Source: an uncultured Methanomassiliicoccaceae archaeon
GTDB lineage: Archaea > Thermoplasmatota > Thermoplasmata > Methanomassiliicoccales > Methanomassiliicoccaceae
NCBI GenBank assembly: GCA_964477865.1
Contig: CAYZEV010000006.1
Location: 734-64,733 of the forward strand
Direction of reading: 5' to 3'
Length of the DNA stretch: 64,000 nucleotides
Position numbers and translations under genes: made by a program. Of the stretch, positions 18,460 through 27,157 are shown in pieces (position 1 is the first letter of the stretch; every line of letters begins with the position of its first letter). The notes under the pieces are model-generated. The model made no database searches and was not told the DNA's origin. It saw nothing but the letters and a program-made list of their open reading frames with translations.

Positions 18460-20352
18460 TCACCTTTGGGCCGTGGTGCTGACCACCATGGGCTTGCCCT
18501 CCTCCTGGATTCCAGAAGGGGCTTGACGCTCCATGTTCGTCCGTACCCAATCACCCATCTCCACCTTGCCGATACCCCCAAAGTAGGCGAAGTTGACGGC
18601 GGCGTGGATGACTCCCAGATGAGAGAAGGCCTGCGGGAAGTTGCCGATGTGCTCCCCCGTCTCCGGATCAAGCTCTTCGGCGAAGAGACCCAGAGGAGTG
18701 GCCTTGGCCAGTAGATTGTCGTAGATCTTGCGGGCCTCCTCGACCCGACCGGCCAGGATCATAGCGCTGACCAGCCAGAAGGTGCACAGGGTGAAGGATG
18801 CCTCCTTACCGCCCACTCCCACCGGAGCTTCGGTGTACCGGTAGCAAAGGCCGTTGACGACCAGATTCTTCAGAGTGGCGTCGATGGTCGAGAGCATGCG
18901 TGGGTCCTTCCCATCGATGAAGCCCATGATGGGGAGCATGAGATTGACCGCGTCTAGATACTCGTCCTCGTAGGATTGTTTGAACGCGTTCAACTTGGTG
19001 CTCCATCCCTTGGTCATGATCTCCTCGCGGATGGTGTCCTTCGTCTCCCGCCAGCGGTCCAGATCTCCTTCCAGGCTCATCGCCTCAAACATCTGGATTC
19101 CTCGGTCGAGGGCCAGCCAGAGCATAGCTTTTCCATAGACGAAATTGCGGTTGCCTCCCCGCACTTCCCAGATACCGGCGTCAGGCTGGTGCCAGTTATC
19201 GCATATCCAATCAAGGACCTGGCGCATCCTCACCCCGCCGTCCGGGGGCGTGAACAAGCCTGACTTCCATGCGAAGTATCCAGCTCCCAGCAGCTCGCCG
19301 TACACATCGAGCTGTACCTGGTTGGCCGCCTCGTTCCCGATGCGAACGGGCCGGGAATCGCGATATCCTCTCAGGTGGTCCAAGGTCTCCTCCTTGGTCT
19401 GGCCCTCCGGGACGATGGGGTAGAGGATCTGGACGTTGCCTGGCTTGACGGTGTTGAATATCCATTTGGCATATCTATCGACGAAGTCGGGGTAGCCGGC
19501 CATTACCAGGCTGAGCAACGTGTACGAGCCGTCCCGTAACCAGGTGAAACGATAGTCCCAGTTCATCTCGCCCCCGATCGTCTCCGGGAGCGAGGTGGTC
19601 GGCGCGGCCACGATCGCTCCCGAGGGCGGGTAGGTCATTAGCTGCAGGACCAGAGCACTTCGAACAGCAATGTCCCTGTACGGTCCTTGGATGGTGCACT
19701 TGTTGGCCCACCCCCTCCAGTAGCTCATGGTCGATTGCAACGCAGCTGAGATGGAGGCCAAAGGGCTCTTATCCAGATTATTGGCCAAGGCGAAGTAGAA
19801 TTGTTCTCCCGGACGGACAACAAGGGTCTGGGAAAGGGAGTTGTCGGTCTCATCCTTGAGCCACCCCTGTGGTCCGGTGATCACGAACTGCTCTATGGAC
19901 GCCTCGTTCCCGCCCAGATTGATGGTAGGCGTGTCGCGGGCATAGTTCGGCCGGGGCCGGACCATGCTCTTCATCTCGACGTTGCCGTCCAGGCCCCTCA
20001 ATATCCTTATCAGCTTCCCCGGTGGTCCGCCCTCCACGTCCTGTTCTGCCCAGGACATGTCCATGAAGTCCAGGAGGGCAACTTTTCCCTGAGAGCACTC
20101 GAAGACGGTCTCCAGGACGTTGGTGTCCTTCAGGTATCGGTGGTGGCTCTTAAATTCCGTGGTAGGCTGGATGACCCAGTTCCCACCCTTGTCGGGATCC
20201 AGGATGCCGGCGAATATGGACGGGGAGTCGAATCGAGGCCAGCAGAGCCAATCGATCGATCCAACGCTGTTCACGAGGGCGGCCGCATGCCTATTTCCTA
20301 TCAGCCCGTAATCCTCGATGGGCCAGTATCCATTCAATGGTCCAGATTTCAT
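18460..20352 (-). CDS. Glycoside hydrolase family 15 protein (glucoamylase/trehalase-like)
   Basis: 630 aa with an N-terminal beta-rich domain plus an (alpha/alpha)6-type region. Motifs RFTWLRDGS and FTLCTFW are typical of GH15. Confidence 0.75.
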   Translation of the reverse strand: MKSGPLNGYWPIEDYGLIGNRHAAALVNSVGSIDWLCWPRFDSPSIFAGILDPDKGGNWVIQPTTEFKSHHRYLKDTNVLETVFECSQGKVALLDFMDMSWAEQDVEGGPPGKLIRILRGLDGNVEMKSMVRPRPNYARDTPTINLGGNEASIEQFVITGPQGWLKDETDNSLSQTLVVRPGEQFYFALANNLDKSPLASISAALQSTMSYWRGWANKCTIQGPYRDIAVRSALVLQLMTYPPSGAIVAAPTTSLPETIGGEMNWDYRFTWLRDGSYTLLSLVMAGYPDFVDRYAKWIFNTVKPGNVQILYPIVPEGQTKEETLDHLRGYRDSRPVRIGNEAANQVQLDVYGELLGAGYFAWKSGLFTPPDGGVRMRQVLDWICDNWHQPDAGIWEVRGGNRNFVYGKAMLWLALDRGIQMFEAMSLEGDLDRWRETKDTIREEIMTKGWSTKLNAFKQSYEDEYLDAVNLMLPIMGFIDGKDPRMLSTIDATLKNLVVNGLCYRYTEAPVGVGGKEASFTLCTFWLVSAMILAGRVEEARKIYDNLLAKATPLGLFAEELDPETGEHIGNFPQAFSHLGVIHAAVNFAYFGGIGKVEMGDWVRTNMERQAPSGIQEEGKPMVVSTTAQR

Positions 20353-20629
20353 AACAATCGCCTCCTTGGTGTTCCATAGGTCATCTTTTCCACCCTTTCC
20401 TGATCTCCCATTTTTGATTTACAGCCAAACCATACTCGGGGTGAGGCTAGGATCCCAAGTATCTCTGAATTTTTACCTCATTCCTCCATATTCGTCTTTC
20501 GAACGAGGTGCTGGTCTGGATGCCATCAATGGGCCCTGGGGGGCGTCGACAGCTCCCTCAGTTATGAACTACGTTTGCATAGGGTTTATACAACTATCGG
20601 TCAAGAAAGCACTGGCAAGAGCCCTTCCC

Positions 20630-20848
20630 TCACACTTTATCCGTCGGTCCGTCGGCAGCGTTAGCCTTACCTGCTGGCTTCTTGTCCGGTGGCAGCAGCA
20701 GTGAGGTGATCAGGACTATGGTCGCGAAGGTGATGACAAAGATGAGCGCCAGGCCATAGGTCTGGGTCTCCACAAGGAAGGTCGTCAGCAGGATCGACCC
20801 GACGACCGCGGCCCCTATAGAGGATCCGCTATCACCTTGGGGATTCAA
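20630..20848 (-). pseudogene. C-terminal relic of a DHA2-type MFS transporter
   Basis: ..GSSIGAAVVGSILLTTFLVETQTYGLALIFVI.. aligns with the C-terminus of the MFS at 22096..23541 (..GSSFGTAVAGSILVTTILPETQTYGFALIAII..). The track start is TTG and there is no upstream body. Confidence 0.6.
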
Positions 20849-21285
20849 TGTTTGGTCCCATTCTCTTCGCCCCTAGCCTCCCCCTCCCAGGCCGCCCGTT
20901 TTATGAGATAATAAGCCCCCGCTACCGCGATCAAGACTATCCCAATTCCAACCAGCAATAAGGGGTCAGTATGGGCGATGTCTGTAACCAACACCTCTCG
21001 AGCGACGGCGGTGAGAACCACCAGCAGGATCAGCTCCGGGAACAGTTTATGTTTCCTAATGTACAACACAAGGGTGTCCAACAGCTCCACCGCGATCACT
21101 ACTATGAGGAAATTGCCAATGAATGTCAGGAAATCTTCCCGGTCCTCTATGTGTATCTGATCCACGAACAGGATGTTAAAAAGCGAAATGGCCAGTCCGA
21201 TTAGGGTCAAGATCGTGATGAACGCAATCATCACGATAACGGAGAAGATAACTACTTTCCTAAAGTCCTCGAGATAATCACGCAT
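20845..21285 (-). CDS. PsiE-like small membrane protein
   Basis: 146 aa, 4 TM. The segment ..VIAVELLDTLVLYIRKHKLFPELILLVVLTAVAREVLV.. resembles the PsiE family core. Confidence 0.55.
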   Translation of the reverse strand: MRDYLEDFRKVVIFSVIVMIAFITILTLIGLAISLFNILFVDQIHIEDREDFLTFIGNFLIVVIAVELLDTLVLYIRKHKLFPELILLVVLTAVAREVLVTDIAHTDPLLLVGIGIVLIAVAGAYYLIKRAAWEGEARGEENGTKH

Positions 21286-21307
21286 CTAGTAGAGTTTGGC
21301 TTCTGCA

Positions 21308-21343
21308 AGATATATGTTAATTTTGTCTTGTTAACATATATCT
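21308..21343. promoter_or_regulatory. Perfect 13-bp inverted repeat in the promoter region of the PsiE-like gene
   Basis: agatatatgttaa-N10-ttaacatatatct, 23-58 nt upstream of the start codon at 21285. Confidence 0.3.
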
Positions 21344-21480
21344 CTCAGCCATATGGAACAGCCGAACGATCCTTTGGGTAATATTTTGAAAAAGCAGGAG
21401 TTTTGCCCCATGAGGAGATAAAGTTTCATCCAGTTCAGTTGGCAAAGACAATGATCTCCCTGGATGACCAGAGGTTGAAG

Positions 21481-21500
21481 TTCGGGCAGACCCACCACTA
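21481..21500 (+). repeat. Direct copy of tRNA-Pro 3' end (att-like)
   Basis: ttcgggcagacccaccacta is identical to 9197-9216 (20/20). The downstream atatccagtcatctca is identical to 9220-9235. Confidence 0.8.
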
Positions 21501-21816
21501 CCCATATCCAGTCATCTCATCATCGTTTTCAATTCGGGTGTTTTCGGTACCGCTCACGACTGGGCCCTTGTGGGCCGTTGTCGTGTTTGATACGCTCCAT
21601 GCCTCCTCGAGCCGTCGGAGGGCCGAACGGCCCGTTACCCTACCGTAGTAGATCTCGGTCTTGCGGGCTTCCTTGTGTCTAACGCCCTTGAAACATCAGC
21701 TGGTAGGCCAGGTCCGTGTCCAGGCATAAGTTGGTGAAGGTCGAACGGATGTCCTTGATGGCGAACTTCATTCCAAACCCCTTCACCAACTTGGTCTTGA
21801 TAATACGACACAGCTC
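21498..21816 (-). pseudogene. Tyrosine recombinase relic with frameshift
   Basis: My own translation gives ..GMKFAIKDIRSTFTNLCLDTDLAYQLMFQGR*. After a frame change near 21680 it continues ..RHKEARKTEIYYGRV..DDEMTGYG*. The upstream frame is closed at 21817-21819. Confidence 0.55.
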
Positions 21817-22095
21817 TCAGAGTAGAACCTCGCCTTTCCACACTCAATATTTTGGACAGGGGCCGGGGCGTTCCTTTTGCTTATCAGGAGTGATCTTCGA
21901 TCGGCCAATAACCGTCAATGGTCCTGTAACCATCGCGTCGCCTTCCGGACGACTTAGCATTAAACTTCTACATTCTCTCCATCGCTATCGGCTTCATCGT
22001 GTTCTAGGTGTGACTTGCTAGGGTGAGGCCGAACCAGGGAACGAGCCAACTCCTATCGAATATCAGAGGGACCTTAGCTCGACCATATCCCACGC

Positions 22096-23541
22096 TCAGG
22101 CCGCTTTTTCATCCTCACTGACTTTCTTTTCGGATCGGCCGGCACCGTTGCGTGGGATGAGAATGGCTGCTACCAGGCCGACGATCGACACGAGGATGAT
22201 GGCGATGAGCGCAAACCCATAGGTCTGGGTCTCTGGGAGTATCGTAGTGACCAGTATCGATCCTGCAACCGCTGTGCCAAAGGAGGACCCCAGGTTCGAC
22301 ATGCTCCTCGATAGGCCGGAGATCTCGCCCTGGTCCTTCTCTGGGAACGCCGATTGGACGACGTTAACGGAGGAGGTGAGCATGGTCCCGATCCCCAGTC
22401 CCATCAGGAAGAGACCTGGAACGAAATACCACACGCTGGCAGTGGCTGCACCCGATGCGAGGTATGGCAGCAATATCACTAGGATCATTCCGACCGTGGT
22501 CAGAATGAAGCCGATGCGGATGAGCTTCCTCTGAGTGGTCCTTGTGGCCAGCTTCCTCGCTCTCGTGCCCGTCAGCAGGATGCCGATCGTCGCAGGTGTA
22601 ACTATCAGGCCAGCCGAGACCGCACTAAACCCGCGAACCGTTTGGAAGAAGACCGAGATCACATAGAAGGCCCCTTGCAGGACCATCCATTGGACGAACT
22701 GCGTCACCAAACCCAGGTTAGAGGTTCGATTACGGAATATGTGAGTCGATAATAGGGGGGCCTTGCCTCTTCTCTCCGCGGACCTGATGTGCAGGAAGAA
22801 GAGCCCTATGATGATCAAGCCTATCGCGACCAGTACCCAGACGATCGCCGAGAACCAGCCGTAGGTCCCCGTTGCGAGGATGCCGAACACCACAAAGAAT
22901 AGTCCAGACGCAGAAAGGATGGTTCCAACGATGTCGAGCTTGGGCTTGGCGCCCTGCACGCCTGGATCGACGATCCGATTGGCCAGGATGATGATCAGGA
23001 GGACGATCAAGGCCTGCAGGATGAAGGAAGCACGCCAGGTGAAGGCAGTGGTGAGGAAGCCGCCGACCAGCGGCCCGACCGCAGCTCCGATCCCACCAGC
23101 GGCGCTGATACCTCCGAAAGCCTTCGCGCGTGACTCCACACCGGAATAGTTCACTGTGGCCAAGATGTAGACTGGAGGGATCAGGAGGGCGGATCCCACG
23201 CCTTCCATGATCGAATAGCCAATGTACAGAATGCCTATGCCTGGCGCCAACGCCCCCACCAACGCACCCAGGCCGTAAACGATTAGACCGATGCGGAAGG
23301 TCCTCTTGCGGCCCCAGATGTCCGTCAGCTTGCTGCCGGGAATCATCAAGGCGGCCATCGTTAGCGTGAAAAGGGTGATCGCTATCTGGACCCCGTGTAC
23401 GTCCGTGCCCAGGTCACTGGCAATACTGTTGACCGCCACGTTCATGTTCGAGCCGGCGTAGCTGCAAACGAACTGGGCAAGCACCAGCGGCAAAAGAATC
23501 GATCCTAGAAGGGCCGCCCTCTTTGAGTTGGCACCATTCAC
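22096..23541 (-). CDS. MFS transporter, DHA2 (EmrB/QacA-like, 14-TMS) type
   Basis: 481 aa with about 14 hydrophobic helices and an LTDIWGRKR motif after TM2. Confidence 0.8.
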   Translation of the reverse strand: MNGANSKRAALLGSILLPLVLAQFVCSYAGSNMNVAVNSIASDLGTDVHGVQIAITLFTLTMAALMIPGSKLTDIWGRKRTFRIGLIVYGLGALVGALAPGIGILYIGYSIMEGVGSALLIPPVYILATVNYSGVESRAKAFGGISAAGGIGAAVGPLVGGFLTTAFTWRASFILQALIVLLIIILANRIVDPGVQGAKPKLDIVGTILSASGLFFVVFGILATGTYGWFSAIVWVLVAIGLIIIGLFFLHIRSAERRGKAPLLSTHIFRNRTSNLGLVTQFVQWMVLQGAFYVISVFFQTVRGFSAVSAGLIVTPATIGILLTGTRARKLATRTTQRKLIRIGFILTTVGMILVILLPYLASGAATASVWYFVPGLFLMGLGIGTMLTSSVNVVQSAFPEKDQGEISGLSRSMSNLGSSFGTAVAGSILVTTILPETQTYGFALIAIILVSIVGLVAAILIPRNGAGRSEKKVSEDEKAA

Positions 23542-23872
23542 GGTCGACTCCTCCCATTCATTGATGTCAATTTGGTCGTCGAGGGTTTATATCATTATCT
23601 ATGATGATATTACTAAACGTCATTCCTGGCCACCGCATTCTCCAGGCCCCCTTATCTTCGGGTAGAGAAGATAGCTCAGCGAGAAAAACGGCTGTCACGA
23701 CAAACTAGGAGATAGACCACGATCATGGGGCTATCTCTTTACGCAGCGGCGTATGGATGGGGTCGAGGGGGTCTCGCCCTCTTAAAGCCGGGCTATAGGG
23801 TTCCTCGAAAAGGCTTGAGAAGATGAGCATAATAATCTAGGATCGTTCATCTGGCAAGAGTGCAATTTTGAA

Positions 23873-23892
23873 TCCGGGCAGACTCACTACCA
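23873..23892 (+). repeat. Degenerate direct copy of tRNA-Pro 3' end (att-like)
   Basis: tCcgggcagacTcacTacca compared with ttcgggcagacccac-cac. It is followed by aattatatccag, identical to 9216-9227. Confidence 0.5.
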
Positions 23893-23893
23893 A

Positions 23894-24303
23894 TTATATC
23901 CAGATATTACTGATCTCGAATCAATAGGAGGTGCTTAGGAGCTATTATCGGCGTCTCTCACTAAAGGTCTGTTGGCTTCTTGATCGCGACATAACATTCG
24001 ATCTTGTTGTAGAGCTGTTGATCGCAGTGGCGCTAGCATATTTGCTTCGGTGACCCGCCGGAGGTCCCTCCGGTACCTAGGCTGACCAGGGGACACTGGA
24101 AGAGATCTAGATACCTGGTGAGGAAACCTCTGTTGAATGCACCTAGACCTCAAAGTTCGTTCACGGCGCATTGCGAAGATGTTATGATCATATCGAAAGA
24201 TGAATGAGAATGATCGTCTCACTTTAGACTGCTCCAGGCGCGCAACGTTTCGAGCCCAAGAGACGTTCTTTATACTGCATGTTGTGCAAATAAAGTCTGG
24301 CAA
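23894..24303 (-). pseudogene. Degenerate tyrosine recombinase relic
   Basis: Nucleotide similarity to 9214-9340 (tattaYcggcgtctcYc..aaaggtc..cttcttg..ttcKatcttgttgtaga). The translation ..RRDLRRVTEANMLAPLRSTALQQDRM.. retains the HxLR-like box but has lost the Tyr region. Confidence 0.45.
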
Positions 24304-24331
24304 AGTCTAGCCACATGCAGGGCGGAAGGAC

Positions 24332-25777
24332 ATGGCAACAACCACGATACAGGCACCTAAGAAAGAGACCGAAGGTCGAGGCGCGACCATCGCGATCCCG
24401 AGACCCAAGTTCAATTCGATCTCCCAGCGAATGCAGATGGGGAAGGAACTTCGTGAAAAAGTACCCAGGACGGATCATGCCGCCTGGGAGCCGCGATCCG
24501 ACCGCCGGGACCCGGTAGAGGTCCTGCTGGAGACAGAAAAGGATCGCTTGCCTGAACTGCTCCCTATCCGCCATGGTCGTATGATGCAAAGTCCGCTCAG
24601 CTATCTCCGGGGGGCAGCGGCCATGATGGCCTACGATCTCTCCAGTACTCCAAATACAGGAATTCGGGTCCAGGCGTGTGGGGACTGCCACTTGGGTAAC
24701 TTCGGGTTCTTTGCCACACCCGAACGTAATCTGGTGTTCGACATCAACGATTTCGATGAGACCATTCCCGCGCCTTGGGAGTGGGACCTTAAGAGGTTGG
24801 CGTCTAGCTTATTCGTGGCGGGCTCGGACAACAAACTGTCCGAACGCAGGTGCCTTGAACTCGTTACGTTTTGCGGGAAATATTATCGAGAGTCCATCCG
24901 AGAACTGTCAACGATGAACGTTCTGGACATGTGGTATTTTCAGCTCAACATTGATATGATGATGTCCAGAGCTAAGGATAAAGAGGGAAGGAAAATAATT
25001 GAGCAGTATGCTCAGAACGCTCGGCGGAACGTTACTTCCCACCTGTATCCAAAGATCACCAATATTGTGGACGGCCACAGACAAATCGTTGACGAGCCGC
25101 CTCTGATTTTCCATCTTCCAGAGCGGCGAGCCTGGCCAGAGATCATGGAGCTTCTAAAAAAATACCGCAATTCCCTGGAACCGGCGCGCCGAGTGCTGTT
25201 CGACCGTTACCACTTCGAGGACTTCGCCATCAAGGTCGTAGGCGTCGGAAGCGTGGGGACTCGGTGTGGCATAGGTCTCTTCCTCGCCGAGGCCAACGAT
25301 CCAATGATCCTGCAGTTGAAGGAAGCGGTCCATTCCGTGCTCGAGCCTTACGCCGGCAAGAGCGAATACGATCATCAGGGACAAAGGGTGGTCGAGGGTC
25401 AGCGCCTCGTACAGACGACCAGCGACATCATGCTGGGTTGGGTAACTGTGGATGGTCGTGACTTCTACATCCGTCAAATGAAGGACATGAAGTTCGCCTT
25501 CAATTATCTCGAGGCCGATTTCGACCTTTTGTCCAGATACGCTCTGGCCTGCGGTTGGGCGCTGGCCAAGGCCCATGCTCGTTCGAGCGATGCCGCCATG
25601 ATCGCCGGCTACCTCGGAAAGGGGGATTCGTTCGACAAAACGCTAGCTTCGTTCGCACAGCAATATGCCAAGCAGAACATGCTGGATTACCGCGCTCTGG
25701 TGGAGGCGGTGCATAGTGGCCGAATAGAGGCCGAAAATGGAAAGGTGGGTCCCGGGACACTTCCAGTAGGCCTCTAG
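24332..25777 (+). CDS. DUF2252-like protein (kinase-like fold family), function unknown
   Basis: 481 aa. The CGDCHLGNFG motif and overall length match my recollection of the DUF2252 family. Confidence 0.55.
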   Translation: MATTTIQAPKKETEGRGATIAIPRPKFNSISQRMQMGKELREKVPRTDHAAWEPRSDRRDPVEVLLETEKDRLPELLPIRHGRMMQSPLSYLRGAAAMMAYDLSSTPNTGIRVQACGDCHLGNFGFFATPERNLVFDINDFDETIPAPWEWDLKRLASSLFVAGSDNKLSERRCLELVTFCGKYYRESIRELSTMNVLDMWYFQLNIDMMMSRAKDKEGRKIIEQYAQNARRNVTSHLYPKITNIVDGHRQIVDEPPLIFHLPERRAWPEIMELLKKYRNSLEPARRVLFDRYHFEDFAIKVVGVGSVGTRCGIGLFLAEANDPMILQLKEAVHSVLEPYAGKSEYDHQGQRVVEGQRLVQTTSDIMLGWVTVDGRDFYIRQMKDMKFAFNYLEADFDLLSRYALACGWALAKAHARSSDAAMIAGYLGKGDSFDKTLASFAQQYAKQNMLDYRALVEAVHSGRIEAENGKVGPGTLPVGL

Positions 25778-25963
25778 AGTTCCACATCGGCCATCCATGA
25801 GCGGAAAGACACGTTCTGTTCTCCCATCGTAGGCCCTAATCCGAATCGCCCAATGGCCTCGATGGTGAATGGCCGGCCGAACCAGGTATTTTTCAACCTA
25901 CGTCCTCCAGCTGTAAGAATTCATTAATACCGAGGGGGACCAAATCAACGTTCGAACGATAAC

Positions 25964-26638
25964 ATGGGCAGGATCGTAGAGGAGCGGAACTACCGAGATA
26001 AACGATTCATTTTTGAGGACCGGAGCGACGCGGGCATGAGGCTGGTCCATCATTTGCATCCGTACAAGGGGACCAACGCGATCGTCCTGGCGATCCCATC
26101 GGGAGGGGTCCCGGTCGGAGTGGAGATAGCGAACGGCCTCGGTTTGCCCATGGATGTGATCATCGTTCGCAAACTGCAGATCCCCTTTGCGCCGGAAGCG
26201 GGTTTCGGGGCGGTGGACCTTAGCGGAGGAACGATACTGAACGATGACCTGGTCTCGGAAATCGGGCTTTCGGGAGCAGATATCGAGAGGGCCAAGAAGA
26301 AAGCCCTTGAAGCGGCCCGCTCCAGGGATCGGGCCTTGCGGGGCGACCGACCCTTTCCCTCCTTGCACGGAAAGGTGGTCATCCTGGTCGACGACGGGCT
26401 GGCATCGGGCTATACCATGCTCGCGGCCATAAAAAGGGCGAAGAACGATAGGCCTGAAAGGATAGTGGTAGCTGTTCCGACCGGCTCGAGAGATACGGTC
26501 AATATGATCGCCGGAGAGGTTGATGACCTCATCTGCCTCAACATCCGCTCGCCTCCTTTCGCTGTGGCTGACGCATACAGAAATTGGTATGACCTCACCG
26601 AGGAGGAGGCTCTTGTCGTACTAAGGAAGGCGGCCTGA
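25964..26638 (+). CDS. Type I phosphoribosyltransferase family protein
   Basis: 224 aa with the PRPP-binding motif VVILVDDGLASGYTM. Confidence 0.75.
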   Translation: MGRIVEERNYRDKRFIFEDRSDAGMRLVHHLHPYKGTNAIVLAIPSGGVPVGVEIANGLGLPMDVIIVRKLQIPFAPEAGFGAVDLSGGTILNDDLVSEIGLSGADIERAKKKALEAARSRDRALRGDRPFPSLHGKVVILVDDGLASGYTMLAAIKRAKNDRPERIVVAVPTGSRDTVNMIAGEVDDLICLNIRSPPFAVADAYRNWYDLTEEEALVVLRKAA

Positions 26639-26700
26639 GGGTTCATTTTTTATCGAGAGAGCGCCCAAATCATGTATGGGAGGGTACGCCACTGACCGAT

Positions 26701-27090
26701 GTGCTATGTCCATTATGCAACCAGAATATTACGGGTGAAGGGATCGTCGACCTCAGCCTGACCCTGCAGGTCCACATGCGCGATGTGCACGGGATCAAAG
26801 ATCTCTGCGACCTGGAAAGTCCGACCGCCGCCCCGGGCCATGGGGCAAATTCATGGACCAGGGTCCGGGAGGAGGACCTCTCCCCTCTTTCCTACGAGGA
26901 CGAGGCCATCAAGGAGGCCCACGGTCCGGTGGAGAACCGCCTGCCGGGAGAGGATGTCCCTCAGGCCGTTCGATGTCCGTTCTGCGGGGAGATGGTCCGG
27001 GGCTATGCCGTCGATGACTTCTCCTACAATCTGGCCAAGCACGTGAACTTCACCCATGCGATGAAAGTGAAATGGATGGGGAAGGGGTAG
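26701..27090 (+). CDS. Small protein with two C2H2-like zinc-finger motifs
   Basis: CPLCNQ-x16-HMRDVH at the N-terminus and CPFCGE-x16-HVNFTH at the C-terminus. GTG start; the start is uncertain. Confidence 0.45.
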   Translation: MLCPLCNQNITGEGIVDLSLTLQVHMRDVHGIKDLCDLESPTAAPGHGANSWTRVREEDLSPLSYEDEAIKEAHGPVENRLPGEDVPQAVRCPFCGEMVRGYAVDDFSYNLAKHVNFTHAMKVKWMGKG

Positions 27091-27157
27091 ACTCGGCCGT
27101 TGGCACCGCCCGCATCGCGCCCTTTAACATCGGACATAGGAACGAGGCCGACCAGTA

